Source: Botryllus schlosseri (lineage: Eukaryota). From it: 64,000 bases of DNA. Both the position numbers and the translations under genes were made by a program. This document shows, piece after piece, positions 1-13,480 of this stretch (position 1 is its first letter; each line of letters starts with the position of its first letter). Where the stretch lies: the NCBI GenBank assembly GCA_051294905.1, contig CM119379.1, positions 20,708,001 to 20,772,000 on the forward strand, given 5' to 3'. A model generated the notes under the pieces. The model saw only the letters and a program-made list of their open reading frames with translations, did not search any database and was not told where the DNA came from.

Positions 1-339
1 TCGATTTTTCATGCAACCATCTTTTTACTGGAAATACTTGGCACTATATGTAAATAGAATGCTTGACTATTTCACTGTCGTTTAAATTGAGGTCCTTTGT
101 GATTAGACATACATTCAGGCAGGACCGCCAAAAATTATATTTTCATTAGGTAAATTTTTTCAGGCTATTGATTTTGTTCGAGTCTTCAACACTGAGTTTT
201 GCTGCAGTGCCTTGGATACTGATCGATTCGAGTATCTCATACCCTACTCATTTCAAGGAACTTGTTCATAAAAGCAAGTTTTTAGTGCAACTTTTATGAA
301 AAATAAGTGCAATTTTCCACGTATTTGACTGGAACAAAA

Positions 340-490
340 ACTTGCCCTAGTCATGACCTTCCATGCCGTCAAACTATCCGTTGGGATTGCTAGCATTCTG
401 TTGCATTTTGTGATATGGGGGAGGGGGGCGGGGGCGAAATTTTTCACTATCATAAAGGGGGGCGTGTCTAACAATGTTGGAGAACCACTG
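340..490 (+). mobile_element. Right part of a CAGTGGTTCTC-type hAT MITE
   Basis: Ends in GAGAACCACTG. Interior (caaactatccgttgggattgctagcattct; ctatcataaaggg) is shared with the copies at 14744-15046 and 61633-62274. Confidence 0.8.
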
Positions 491-589
491 TCTTATATGA
501 TTTCATTGGCGATGGATCTTCATTGTTTCACTACAATCACTCATCATTCATCAAACAAACCAAGAACTGTTTGCCGATAAGAATTGCGA

Positions 590-714
590 CCCTGTGTCCG
601 AATTAAGCGGGTTTTTTTACGCGCAATTTTTACTTTTGTTTCGTTCCCGAGTATTTCGGCCGAACAAAGTGGTTGTCCGGGTTATACGGTGTCCGAATGT
701 AGCGGAATCGACTG
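590..714. mobile_element. Terminal fragment of a pogo/Tc1-like non-autonomous element
   Basis: Repeated TGTCCG(A/G).T.A.CGG motifs ending in GCGGAATCGACTG, whose reverse complement CAGTCGATTCCGC resembles pogo/Tigger-type TIRs. The other end was not found. Confidence 0.45.
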
Positions 715-2052
715 TTTGTATATATAGTAATATGGAGATAGCCTTGTTCATTAAGTCCGCGGAATCCCTGGCGAAGCAACGCCCCTGCAACGACTCTAGA
801 TGGGAACGGCTGAAAATTCGGTCCCAAACGGGAAACTCCCAACGCATACTGTTATCGGATGCGCGAAAAATGCGGATAACGCACGCAAGTTGCGCGTAAC
901 GCCGTGCCGTTTGTTGTCTTTGACGATTTAAAATTTAACCACGCGCCGTTTCTCACCGCTCCGCAATCGCGCCGCATTAGCGCTGACGCACGGGTGCGTG
1001 ATTGCCGCGTTTATACCGATAACGTTATCCACAAGAGTTTAACTTGTCCGCTACCGGGCGCGTGCGAAAGTAAACAAACACGGCTCGAATTGCGTCGGCT
1101 TAGGGCCGCTATCTTCAGCGGCACGCTGCGTTTATGCGATTTGAGATTTATTTTTCGGGTCAAACCCGTGATTGGTTATTACGCTCGCGGTAATTTACGC
1201 TGATCCGTTATTTCATGCGTTTTCCCGCGCGTGTGTCAATCCTGACGTCCGACATATTCGATAAAGGCACGTCATTATGACTTGCGCTGGCTATTGGTGA
1301 AAAAACGTATCCGCGATCAGCCGGGAATGTTGATCTGTCTCGCGGAAACTGAACTAAAGTAATGAGCTACGCAAATCGAACTTGATTCTTGTTGAAATGT
1401 TGGTTTTGTATTCCCGCTTCTTTATAGTCTTCTGCGATTCGCTTGTGTTTTCAGGGTATTATCGATGAAGCCGACAACAATCGTACGCAGGAGGGCGTTG
1501 GTGCGAATGATCGAAAATCTGCAAGTAAGTCGGGTATCGGCACCTTTAAGGTCGGCTTACTTTGCGCTACTTTCGCGTAAATCACCGATACCTACCGGGG
1601 CGAATACAGTACACTTTAAGGGTTGTTATAATAAAATCTGTTTTCCAAATTTCACTGGCATACGCTGCGCAATAAATTTGCCCTAATTTCAACCGGTAGA
1701 AGCGAGCAAACTCAAGTTGGAATTTCAATGATTTTTGGAAGAAAAAAAAAATAGTATTTACGATGGCTGCGTAACTTGTCTATGTCCAATTGACCGTTGA
1801 CCAAGTAACTTGTTCCACTCGTGCTCGAACGTTGGGTAATGCTTTTACCGCGCGTTTTCAACGCGTCATCGGTCTGTGATTGAGTTTGGACAAAGTTATC
1901 ATCGCTAATTGATGAAAAAAAATGTTGACTCTGATAATTCTGATAGAGGGAGATGGCATTGGTTCAATATGTCACAACTACATCGATTGTAACTGCGTGA
2001 ATTTATAGCTATATTATTTTAACCTCACGTCATCGATTTCAAAATGTCTCTG

Positions 2053-2139
2053 CCCTGACGAGTGTCAGCCGAATATATTCGGGTTCATTTCAATATGAAT
2101 ATACTATTCAATTGTATATTGCAGTTCTGTGCCTCCAAG
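2053..2139 (+). repeat. Foldback/MITE family A, right-arm fragment
   Basis: ccctgacgagtgtcagccgaatatattcgggttcatttcaatatgaatatactattcaattgta recurs at 11896-12071, 13020-13187 and 50305-50439. Confidence 0.85.
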
Positions 2140-4150
2140 AATCTCTTCATAAGATAATTTACGTATAAGTTTGACTTGGATATCGCTATCTTACGTTGGT
2201 CTGACTTTGAACTTGTATGCGAATTTGATTTTTGTGTTGTGATCCACTCCACTACTATTCAAAAGCCACGTTTCTGTGTACATTATCACGCTAGCAGTGA
2301 TATATACCCTTGTCGGCGCGACGCTTGGTGACAGTGCGCAGTCGCTATATTCTCAAATGTCATCGGGCGAGGGTATACGCTCGCCGCGACGCGTGGCCGC
2401 TTATTTATTCAACAGCATCGCGCCCCGAATAGAAATTCTCGTGGCCGACCTATTTTTAGAGCCGGTATTTCATCTGTCGGTCGTCAGATATGAATCGGGC
2501 GTTTTAGATTGGCGGATAAGGCCGCGGAATGCTGGTCTTCTGTTCTGTGCCCGAGGCGAGTGTGCGTGATCGACGGGTGTGATTTGTCGCAGGTATCGCC
2601 GGGGCGAAGAGACGGAGCCTGTCCTCGAATCGATTGTACACTGTGACTTTTCTGAGGGACGCTGTGAGCTTTTTCGCCGGGAGATAAGCGACTGATGTAT
2701 GCACGGAGAACTTTCTCTATACGAATTACAAGTTCATCGATTTTTTGGCTTTCTGTCGTGGCTTATTTTGCACCGTAAGGCTGTATGCCGACTACAGAAT
2801 TTTTTGCGTTGTAGCTGGTGACAGCCATATTCTCTGTACGTGGTCTCGTTAGATTGCTGTTAGTAATATTGAATATAATGTTTCACCCAGCGCGCAGGCT
2901 GGGACGCTTTGATTTGGGGAAGATGGCAAATTGGCGGCGGGGTCCGAAGCTTTTTGATGACGTCTGGCCGTTTTGCGGGCTCTGATATGTGTGCGAGATT
3001 TAACGTCGGCCCGCAAGTCTCGCGAGCCTGTCGCATTGGCGTGCATCGAAAGCGATGTCAACATGTTGATAGTTTGTGCTAATATGTGATCTCGATGCTC
3101 TGCCTGTCCCCCCTTCAACTACGCCTTACTTTACGAAAGCATCCGAACGTTATTTGAATGCGATTCCCATTAGGCGACAATCGCATGGAAGCATTTTCCA
3201 TACATTTCCATCCGTTTTCCTTGTTCACCATCGCCGGATTTGTGCGATTGTGGCCGGGCGTTTGTAGGCGAAATGTGACGCGTAAGCAGCCTATACGCGG
3301 GCCCAAGGATGGAACAACTGCAGCAGAAAGTGCATTTCATTAACATATATTGAGTTAATGGTGTTCGCACAATGCACATGCAGCTTATCTGACTGGCGCG
3401 AATCGATTGTTCTTAATTCGCAGTTGCTACCGTTTTTTTCTCGTTTCACAAGTCTTAAGTGGTATTCACAGCTTTTGAAGAAAGGATATTTGCATTTTTT
3501 TCGTAAAGCCATGTATTTGTTCTGTATCTGCTTACGCTGTGAATTATCTGTAATGTGTGTTGTAATATATGTACAGGATATATGCCATTCTATATTTGGC
3601 CGTATCCACTATCCACTTTGCCGCTTTAGTTCTTCATTGGATGAATAGAATGCAATTTTGTGTTTCTTTGTATGCTTGGTGCTTTTATGATTTGATTTGC
3701 GGAGAATAACTTTACTGTGCACAATACTACGGACCAAGACACCGATTGTGGTTTATGTGAATTGAATTGGACGGGGTATTGTAGAATATCGAATTCAGGC
3801 AGATTCGGCTCTCAATCCATACCGTCAGTTTATCATATTACGCTGAACTGGTTGATAGTTGACAATATGAAAGGAAATGCGTCAGAAAAGGTACTATCTA
3901 TTGACACTTGAGGTACCAAATGATGGGATAGATATGGGTTGTAGCGTTCTATTCGTTTCACAAGAACTAATAAACTGAGAGGGCTGGCACAACTGTTAAG
4001 GTTCGCCTCTCCAAAGATTTCCAATTTGGATCGATTGATTTAGTGTACGGATGCATATTGGCTGGACCTGTCGAACTTGGTTTCATGTCATTTCTGAACT
4101 GCTAAGACCATATACGAGGTGTGTGGGTTATTTATGTTAGCCACTGAAAA

Positions 4151-4655
4151 TGCTGCTGGGCACAATGATACGAGTACGCGAATCTGAATCGAGTATTAAT
4201 TTTAATGATTCGAGTCGAGTAGTAAAAGAAGATTATTTCGAATACTGCAATTAAACGTTTCTCGCAACTGAAAGTTAATTTGCTAACGAAAATTATGACT
4301 TCGATACTATTTTCCACTGTGGTGTGGATGCATTGAAACCTTGATTGGCCGTGTCGCAGCATACGAGACATTACAAAGCTACGAACGTTACTGGAAATAA
4401 CACATTTCCGAAGTCATGATCGTCCCACAACATTGTCAAGAAGTGCATGGAAATCGGTATGGTCGAAAATATACCAAAGTATCTTTGATGTGACGGATAA
4501 CAGGCACTATATTATTTGTGGTGGCATGGAAGGTACATACTTGAACTTTGACGTAGTACATTCTGTTGTGACGTCATTATGAGTGATACTCGACTCGAAG
4601 CCTAATACGTGATTCAGAATCGAATCACTCGGGTACTCGATTTTGCCCAGCCCTA
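4151..4655. mobile_element. TAGGGCTGGGC-type hAT-like MITE with GAATC/GATTC/CGAGT subterminal repeats
   Basis: Right end TTTTGCCCAGCCCTA, degenerate left end TGCTGCTGGGCACAAT, and inverted subterminal blocks. No clear TSD. Confidence 0.65.
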
Positions 4656-7203
4656 CTCACGGCCTGTACGCCATTCTACATACTATGGAAGTGTAATTCA
4701 ATGTAACCGACGTTTATTCACTGAAATATTGATATAAACCACTCAATATTTGATAACCTGAATATTGACTTGAAATTAGTCACAGGTCATTCTACATTTC
4801 TGATACGTCGAGTCAGAATCAAGGCATTTTAGAGCAATGACTTCAGTCAAGTCTAGGCACTCAGATAACGTGGCTCGAGTCATACCAACAGTCCAGCACT
4901 TTTCGCGTTTACAAGCTTCACACGCACACCCCGATTTTCATCCATAGAACATAGACCTTCTTGAGGCAGTTCTGTCTGATATCTTCCGGGCTCTAAATTT
5001 CTAATTTCCATTAAGCACCTTTTACACACATTGGACACGGAACTTGCATTACCCGCTAAAGTGCACCTAATGGCTTGCTCTTACGATACTTAGATACTAC
5101 TAAAAGCCAACTTTCGAAGGCTTTTCGTTTACAACGCCTGTTACGCTAAGTAATGCAATTAAACGACGTCCTCTCGATCACTTCTCGACGGGATATCCCA
5201 TGAAATGGCTCTGATATCATACAGGGCCAGATTCCTCGGGTGGAGTGTATGTATGCTCGATGTATAGGTAGATTGTTTGTGGATAAAGTGGATTGCAACC
5301 AACGCGGCTCTAATTAGGTCAGAACGGAACAGCGTATGGTTTTGGTATCTCCATTTTCTGCATGTCTGCTGTGAACCTTATAATGTGATTAGAAATGTAT
5401 CGGTCAGATACTTAATGTCCTCGGTATATGAAGCAATTGGTGAGTTAGTCCGATCTCTACTGCTATATCAGGTCCGCTTTTGCGTTCCTGTTTCCTATTA
5501 TAATTATAAATGCATGTAGGACTGCCTATGGCTACGATTGAAAGGAACAGGTTGACATGAAAATGTAACTGTGGTCGCATGCCTATTACAAATTGTTTAC
5601 GAATATAGGCCTACCATTATGTTTGACACTCCGAGATGTCGTTTGCCTATTTTGGAAGGCTGGAATATGCGTGACTATTATTATATAGTCACTTTCATCG
5701 GCGCTATTATGGCCGGGCTACTAATAGAAGGTGTTGTTACGGTAGTTGGATTGTGGGATGCCCATTGCGCATGCATTGTCTACCTCGAAATGGCAACTGT
5801 TAATTTAGAACCTAGGTAACACTCGTGAGCTGTTGCTTTCGGGACCCTACATATCCATCTTTACTGTGTGTTATAGGCAATATACCTTGTATCGGTGAAA
5901 ATTGATTTTGACTATATTGCATTTTTGGAGTGACCAGCAAATTTGCCCTATTTTACTGTTAGTGTCGAGCGATTCCGAGTTGAATATCCGGTATCACACA
6001 TTATGACGTCATCCTGATAATAATGCCCTGAAAAAGGTTCAAAAGTATCCTTTTTGCAGTCTGAAGTAAAATAATGTGTGAAGGACGTATAATTTCGTTT
6101 CTCGAAAGCATCGACTTAAATCATTACAATTTGAATCCTTGCGCACTCCCCTAATTATTACCCATCCGCAGTGCTATTGATTCAAAATTGGCTTAATGTA
6201 AGATTGTACGAAGTTGATACAAGCTCAGTGTGATTCCAGTTCACATGGCCAAATCAAGATTTGCGTAATACCATTGGTTTTCCGCCAAGTTACTGTTAAC
6301 TCCCTCTTTTTTAAGGAGAAATACATTCCTTTAATTGTTATCTATAAACAAAATCGCTTGAAAACTATGTGAAATCTTCGGAACTAAATCAGTCTTGCTC
6401 TGTCAGTTCGATACCATCTCTATGCGGCCGAACTTCTAACGATCTTCGACGGTATTGTGTAAACTCGCCAAACTCCTGTAAAGAGCTCAATCGATAGTAC
6501 AGGAGTTATTCGTTGTAACAAGATGATAATCGGCATGTTATCAATTCAAAAACCTATTTTTAGAAGCTGGTAAGTTAACGAATTGTACGTTGACACCAGA
6601 TTTCGTCAATAACGCGGTGCTTCTATTTTTTCGGGATACAGAAGTAGGCTTTACCTACCCGAACCATACTTACTCGGGTCAGTATGGCTTCAGACAATAT
6701 TACCCTTCTATACTTTACGGTTTTTTATAGAATACTTATTTTCTTACGCATTGGATTTTGAAACTATAGTATGAAGTAGTTTTCGATTTTTCTGCATCTT
6801 TTTTGCCAACGATACTGGTACGATAACCGAGCGAAAATATAGACCTTGTAACCTGGGACCTCTATTTTTTTCGAAAAGTGCACTGATATTGGTATTGTTT
6901 GATTACTCATTAGTGGGCGATTTTTTGACCTATAAAATGGAAGATTTTGGCCTAAAAAATCAAAATTTCGATTTTTTTTTTCCTTAAAGAACTTAATTTT
7001 GACCAAAATTTTCCGTCATGGGTGTAAATTAGGTGTTTTCGCAAAAATGTTAGAGTTGTACTACTTATCTTCATTTCTGATTGGAACTGTCTGTCCTTAA
7101 AAGTAGTTTGGCCTGAAAAAAATTTATTTCAACGAAATCTGACCCCATGCAGAATTCCAGTATAGTTACATAACGCATTATGGACTTGAAATATTAAAAA
7201 ATT

Positions 7204-7449
7204 ATTGTAGTACAACGAAATATACTTTCCTACATTCTCGGGTAGAAAGTGTCTGTCCTTACCAAGTAGCTTGCCAAGAATGGAGAACGAACTTTCAACA
7301 GCAGCAGTTGATGGCTGACAACACTGAAGTTGTGCGTAAACTGCTAATGCCACATCGTGTTGCTTCATTCTGACAATGTTGTCTACGTCACAAATTTTCA
7401 TCATGCGCTTCTTGATATAAGAACCAATGCCTACACAGTCCTGCTTCAG
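7204..7449 (-). pseudogene. hAT-family transposase C-terminal (dimerisation-domain) remnant
   Basis: Translates LKQDCVGIGSYIKKRMMKICDVDNIVRMKQHDVALAVYAQLQCCQPSTAAVESSFSILGKLLGKDRHFLPENVGKYISLYYN, matching the hAT P.TSA.VERSFS...R..L...N motif. An in-frame TAA lies just upstream. Confidence 0.75.
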
Positions 7450-8114
7450 TTAGGATATTGCGGTACGCTGAGCATAACACCATGTGAACCTATTTGTTTC
7501 ATTTGACCGTTTATGATTCACAATGGGCCGACTACAACGGCATGCCTACAAAATAGGCTGCAAGCTGTAAAATGTCAAATAATCAGTTCACCGACAGTGC
7601 AAACATATACGATACAAACGAAATGTCGGTTGCAATCAAATTTTGACTTCGCAAACAATTTTGACAATTTTTTAACCTAACTCTACAATTTTGACTAAAA
7701 AATTTACTTTTTTTACACGACAAAAAAAATCGTCCTACTCATTAGTCCTTCTGCTTGGTATTTTTATATGAGTTGTTCTCGCAGGATACTGGTGGCATAT
7801 TTGAAAACCACATAATAAGCTTTAGGAACGCTGAAATAATCACCTCACTTAAACATTCGTCACTTGACCTCGTCCGGATTATTTTCTCGAACTTTATTAC
7901 TGCAAAGATATTTTCCTACATATTTGTACATTTCTAATGATCATTTATGTATTGCGAACACGTGCACATTACATGTGGCACTCTTATCTCCAAATCCGTG
8001 CAGGGTCCACTGAAACTCCGGCACGTTTCTCTACCTATGAGGGCGTGAACCGAGATAACTGTTGCAATACACCGAGAACCATAATAATCCAGCTCCTCGG
8101 CTGATACCCTGCAG

Positions 8115-8462
8115 TAGGGTTGCATTTAAAACAAACGGTGTTTTGAAACACTTTGTTTTTAACGTGTTTAAACAGTTTTTCAAACAAAGGCCTTAAAAAA
8201 ATTAGGTTGTAAAATTATGCCAAAATTGTGTAAACACTTTTCAAAAAAAGCTGCCTCAAAATTGTCGGTTCAACAGCAATAGTACAGATATTTCGTCAAA
8301 GGAGCTATATTTACCCTATATTTTCAATTGCCAATGTCAATCTACTATGACGTCACAATTGAATATTCGTGACGTCATGGCTTTAAAAAACATGTTTTAA
8401 ACAAGGGTCTTGTGTAAAACGTGTTTTTTTTTTACTTTTATTTTTTTTTAAATGCAAGCCTA
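8115..8462. mobile_element. TAGGGTTGC-type hAT MITE (348 bp)
   Basis: TIRs TAGGGTTGCATTTAAAA / TTTTAAATGCAAGCCTA. Flanks ccctgcag / tccggcaa (5/8 match, possible old TSD). Confidence 0.75.
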
Positions 8463-8505
8463 TCCGGCAATAATTTAAATTCTGAAACCTGAACGCATAC
8501 AAGTG

Positions 8506-9281
8506 CAGATTTGGGCCACTAGATAATTCTAGTTGCCTACTTTCACTAAAATAGAGCGAAATCCAAGTACTCTAATTGTAATCTAATTTGTGAAATGGTT
8601 CTAGATTCTAATTCTAATTTAATTTATTGTTTTCCTGAAAATACCTCGTTATCCGGGGGATTTTGCAGCGAGTTAACAAGAATAACCCTATCGCGCAGGG
8701 AAATCCAGTGCCAAGCCACCATCGCATTACTTACACCGTAGCCTACTTACAATCATAGTAGTAATTGTGACGAATAATAGGCATGCAGCAGTGCAACGCC
8801 GAAGCCGTTTCGGCTAGTATGAAATAGTGTTGTTAGGCGCAGGCGAATAGCTTATTTTCAAACAACAACAATAATTTTAAACTGAAATAAATTTCAGCGT
8901 TTCAAAATGCTTTACTTCGCGTTGTTCCAAAATCACAAATCAGATCGCCGGCCGCATGTGGCCCGCGTCTTGTTGACCCCTGGTTAGTGCAAAACGAGCC
9001 AAGCTTGGTGTACAGACGTTAGCCATTCTCATGGTTATGGAACGCACTGTGATTTGATATGAACGGAACTAACTTGATTTTTGCCGCATTTATTTCTCAT
9101 TCACAATTTCATTCAATTTCCAAGTTTGTTGCGAATTAAGTAATTCTAATTCTAATCTAATTTGAAAAAAGCTGTGTAGCTCTAATTCTAATTCTATTAT
9201 AATTTGGAAAAATTGTGTAGCTCTAATTCTAATTCTAATCTAATTTGGAAGAGCTGAATATTTTCCAGTTGTCCAAGTCTG
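8506..9281. mobile_element. Composite hAT-type element (776 bp) with (CTAATT)n subterminal arrays
   Basis: TIRs CAGATTTGGGCCACTAG / CCAGTTGTCCAAGTCTG; 8-bp flanks tacaagtg / ttcaagag (6/8). Contains an internal right end of a GGCCCGC-type element (...GTTGACCCCTG near 8981). Confidence 0.75.
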
Positions 9282-11895
9282 TTCAAGAGTGTCGCGGTAG
9301 GCCTATCGCTGAAATGGATTGGATCGGAATGTCATTTTTCATTTCAGAGAAAAAGTATTCGAAACATCATTTTCGATTGTCTGTTTGCTACGTGTATAGT
9401 ATAATTTCGCCGGTAATGAGTCAGCAAATGACGAGGCTAGAATGAGCAACATGCAGATTGCAGATGCCGTATATAGCCAGCATTCGTTACCAATGCTTAT
9501 TTCTAACGTTCTGTATACATGAAGCAGGCAAGTGTTCCGACATTTTGTTTCATGTCCGAGGCATTTACGCAGATGTTCCGTGAATATGATAACTGGGTGT
9601 GACATTGAATCGACGAAGCGCAAATGTGTACCTAGTTGGACACAGAAAAAAGAACGAAATCAAAACGTTTTCGTTTTGTTAAAAATACCAAACAGACTCG
9701 TCGCCAATTTCCAATTATTCAACCTTCTTTCCTCGCGTTGTGGCCTGGATTTTTAATCGATTGAGCTAACCCAATGTATTCTCACCGATTTATTCAACAT
9801 TCAGTCACTTCAGCATTTTCCATTTAGTGGGTTGATGGTTTGTGACATAAACCTTTAGGAACATAAATTCCATTTCAAACGAAGCGGTAAGTTAGTTAGT
9901 TTTAAGAATGGGTAAAGGCCCACTACTTAGCTGGATTCCATTGAATTTGAATGAAAACTACGGATGGCATAGACACCGCTTCTCGCAGACTCCGCGGACA
10001 TAAATTCGGCCTGTTTCCTGGTGCAAATTTTTGTGCTGTAGATCTAGCTGTAGCCAAATTCGCGAATCTCGGAACCACGGAACCGCTTCGGCGAATGGAA
10101 ACAATCAGTAGCATTGTCGATATCTGTTCCTTTTCTCATTACAACGCTAAGAACGTAAATAAATAACAATAATAGCAAAGCCGTAACGGTTTTGAACTTT
10201 GTAGCAATGGAATAATCAAACTTATTGCGAATAATCCCGAGACGACTTGTCGATGTTTTTGTTTAGTAAACGCGTCGTTTGCAGATATCTTTTGTATTTA
10301 AAGCTGCTTCGAACAAGTTTCCCAATCAGTTCTTGCCACATATAATCTTTATTTTGCGACAAATATTATATACGACCTACACGAACCACGTTGTACTGAC
10401 CTCTATCTGCATTTTTCTCTTTGTTTTTGTTTCGAATTTTTCCATCCGAAACCGTAATTCCGATTACATCCAACTTTACCATAGCAAAGCCTCTTTGCAC
10501 CGAGCGGTTTAACGCAAGGATTCCGCCATATCATATATACGGGCTTTCATGTGCAACTGCGTGTACAGTTATTTTAGAGAAAAGGGACAATGTATTATTT
10601 CACGAGTTCCCACCCTCCGTATGAACACGAGGCACAGCAGGCTTCACCCACTGTCCCAATGAAAACCATTTGGATCAGCCACATTGTAGCGTAAATCTAA
10701 TAGCGTGACGAATGTAAATCATGCTATCAATTGCCTAAGAAGTGATTCGTTATGTTTGGTCATACAACGTGTTACGTGTTCGAAACAGGATCTTCGCTAT
10801 AGTGTTCGAAACCGCGCGGTCACCACAATTTGTTCCTGCAGTGTTTCGACTCAAGCTGACATTATGGCAATAGCTTTTATACCTTGTACACCACATTTCC
10901 TATTCATTAGTTTTGTAAGACATAATCATATCCGTAATGAAGCCAGACAAAATGAGTAGGCCTACATCTGCATTGAATGTGCCCGTTTTGGCTCTTAGTT
11001 TTATCGCGTGCCTGGTCAGTTACCTAATTGCTAAATAAACCGCATTGACCAGGATTATGACGGATATTTAGCAGCGCACTTTACGGTCGTCTCTCGTCGG
11101 TGACAATGAAGTTTGCGAATGCGTGATTGGGGGTATTGGGTGACCGTTTAGCGGCGAGGATCAGAGGCACGCAAACGTGACATCACCGTTTCGATGTTAC
11201 ACGCGAATTTCACACCGTCACATTCTCAAGTGGCCGTGTAGATGCAAGTGGCGAATCCTCGACTTTCACGACGGGCCTTATCGACGCGATCCAGTTTTCA
11301 TCAGTTCCAACGTGCCGGATTTGTGTGTAGTCTTCAGTGCACCGTATCCCGCAATCCTGACCCCGCATTCATTCGGCAGAAGCGGGAGGCAGGGGTCACG
11401 TTTTGTTGTTGACTTTCAAGACAATATTGTTAGCAACACTGCTTTCTACGCGACAACACAGTCTAATCTGTTGGCACTACCGATTGCGGATGAAGGTGAT
11501 TCGCCCGATGTCGCGTATGCATTTCGTGAACCGTCCTTCTGTAATATCATAAGTGCAATTGTCCATGAGGAATGGTTATATTATAGAATCGTGATTATAA
11601 ATATGATTTGGTTGTAATTCCGATCTACGCGGTAAGCCTGTGTTAACATTATGTAAATTTCTTGCGAAGAAGTGTTTCAAAGTTTTCGAATGTATTGTAT
11701 GTTCTGCATGGGATCCTATTTCTCCGGATGTAATAACGGCTGAATCGGTTATACGTTATTCATGGTGTCCAGTGGTTTGTAGATCTGTCACCGCTGAAAT
11801 GTGAAGACATTTTCGTCTGATATTTGAGAAGTGATCTCGCTTGTTCATGCGGCGGGTTGTTAGTAAATATAATGCATTCTATACGCACTACAACT

Positions 11896-12071
11896 TACAA
11901 TTGAATAGTATATTCATATTCAAATGAACCCGAATATTTTCGGCTGAAACTCGTCAGGGGTAATCGTCAGCAACTAGTAGAGAATGGAAAAGAACATTGT
12001 ATATCAACAATCGTATCACAAAATATGACGTACTCGGGCTCATTTCAATATGAATATACCATTCAATTGTA
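11896..12071. repeat. Foldback/MITE family A, copy with inner right arm deleted
   Basis: 38-bp outer inverted repeats TACAATTGAATAGTATATTCATATTCAAATGAACCCGA / TCGGGCTCATTTCAATATGAATATACCATTCAATTGTA. Confidence 0.85.
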
Positions 12072-12420
12072 TACTGTATTGAAGTTCTGTACCTCCAAGC
12101 AGCTCTACGCTACAACTTCCATATTAACGCAGCAGTCAATTTTATATTATACCCGTGTGGTCCCCAAAACAATGTGTAATGCGAAATCGCATATGTCTTC
12201 CGCGATCCCTACGCCGACATCGTGGCAGTGGCCAAGATGATAACATAAAGGAAGAAAATCACGGATTGCTTGACCGATGTATTGCTATGCCTGACACTAG
12301 TCACTATTATGCATTCATCTTATGTAAATTTAAGGTAATCGCACGGGACAATTGACATATGACAATTGTGCATACTAAAAAAAGTAGGATGAACCACTTT
12401 ACATATTGATCCGTACTGTG

Positions 12421-12455
12421 GATACATATATATAGATATAGATATATATATATTA
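12421..12455. repeat. (AT)n/(ATAG)n microsatellite
   Basis: gatacatatatatagatatagatatatatatatt. Confidence 0.8.
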
Positions 12456-13044
12456 TAACGCTCACGATCTCATCTCTAGGTCGATTTTTGATGATTAATG
12501 CAAAATTTATGCTCAACTGTTTTTGTGCTTCCCGATCTTGATTCCGGGTTATTTGAATATTTTTCAAACACCAATGGTCGTGTCGGTGAGCTAGCATAAG
12601 TACCGCTAACCGATATGCAAGAATTGGTATTTTTTTTTGTTTTTCCCAGTAGCAAAATTGGATTATTTGCAACATAAATTGCGTTGAAACGATTCTTGTA
12701 AATATTTTCTATACTGGATAGGCATGCCCAGCACGAAGGGGTTAAGGACACTGTGATTCGATTTGTTATGATATTTTACATAATGCTGCCGCTGTTAACC
12801 TAGCCGTTTGGATCCGGGAACGAATTTAGTTCTGACATTTGTAAATGGCATTATATAGGTAAAGAAGGTTTTCAATTGCAACATCGCGTTTGAAACTGTT
12901 ACCGTAGTAGTTATTCGGCTGAGGTTAGCTATTTTCATGACAGTTCAATAATGATTCTTATAATTCATGAGACATTTGACATTTCTGCAAGTTTTAATGA
13001 CATTATAGTTTACATCGGAATAAACCCGAATATTTATTGACTGA

Positions 13045-13187
13045 CACTCGTCACGGGTAATCGTCAGCAACTATAACAGAGTTGAAAGGGACATTGTATA
13101 TCAACAATTGTATCACCAAATTGATTGTTGATATACAATGTTCTTTTCAATTCTCTACTAATTGCTAACCATCACCCCCGACGAGTG
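13045..13187. repeat. Foldback/MITE family A, inner palindrome (about 65-bp arms, about 14-nt loop)
   Basis: cactcgtcacgggtaatcg...acattgtatatcaacaat is the imperfect inverse of attgttgatatacaatgt...cccccgacgagtg. Confidence 0.85.
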
Positions 13188-13434
13188 CCGTCTCCGGCTC
13201 GTAATTATTTAATTTTTTTTAATTAGTTTCTCCTTGTCCAGTTTTTTGAGTAATTTTCCAACCGGCAAGTCGTGGTGACCAAAGTCGCTATTTAAAATTG
13301 TTGTTCGCCGATTTATTTACTCGAAGTAAAACACCAGCATGAATAATGCGGGATTTCTCAATGGAATATATTTGCCGCTGTGATGTGTCATGCTGCGTTT
13401 GTATATCCAGTGAGAGCATCGGATTTCTATTCAT

Positions 13435-13480
13435 TCCGCCCCACACTATAAAACACCCTCTCCGCCTCCGTTGATCAGTT
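13435..13480 (+). promoter_or_regulatory. Candidate Pol II core promoter: GC box + TATAAAA + Inr TCAGTT
   Basis: CCGCCCC at about 13436-13442, TATAAAA at 13447-13453, and TCAGTT at 13475-13480 with the Inr A 30 nt from the first T of TATA. Lies at the start of a CpG-rich block. Confidence 0.45.

Noticed and set aside
1025-1033. TTATCCACA (DnaA box)
   Set aside because: Single chance 9-mer in a spliced-gene eukaryotic context.
5571-5819. 82-aa ORF with a transmembrane-like segment
   Set aside because: Non-ATG start, no splice context and no homology I recognise.
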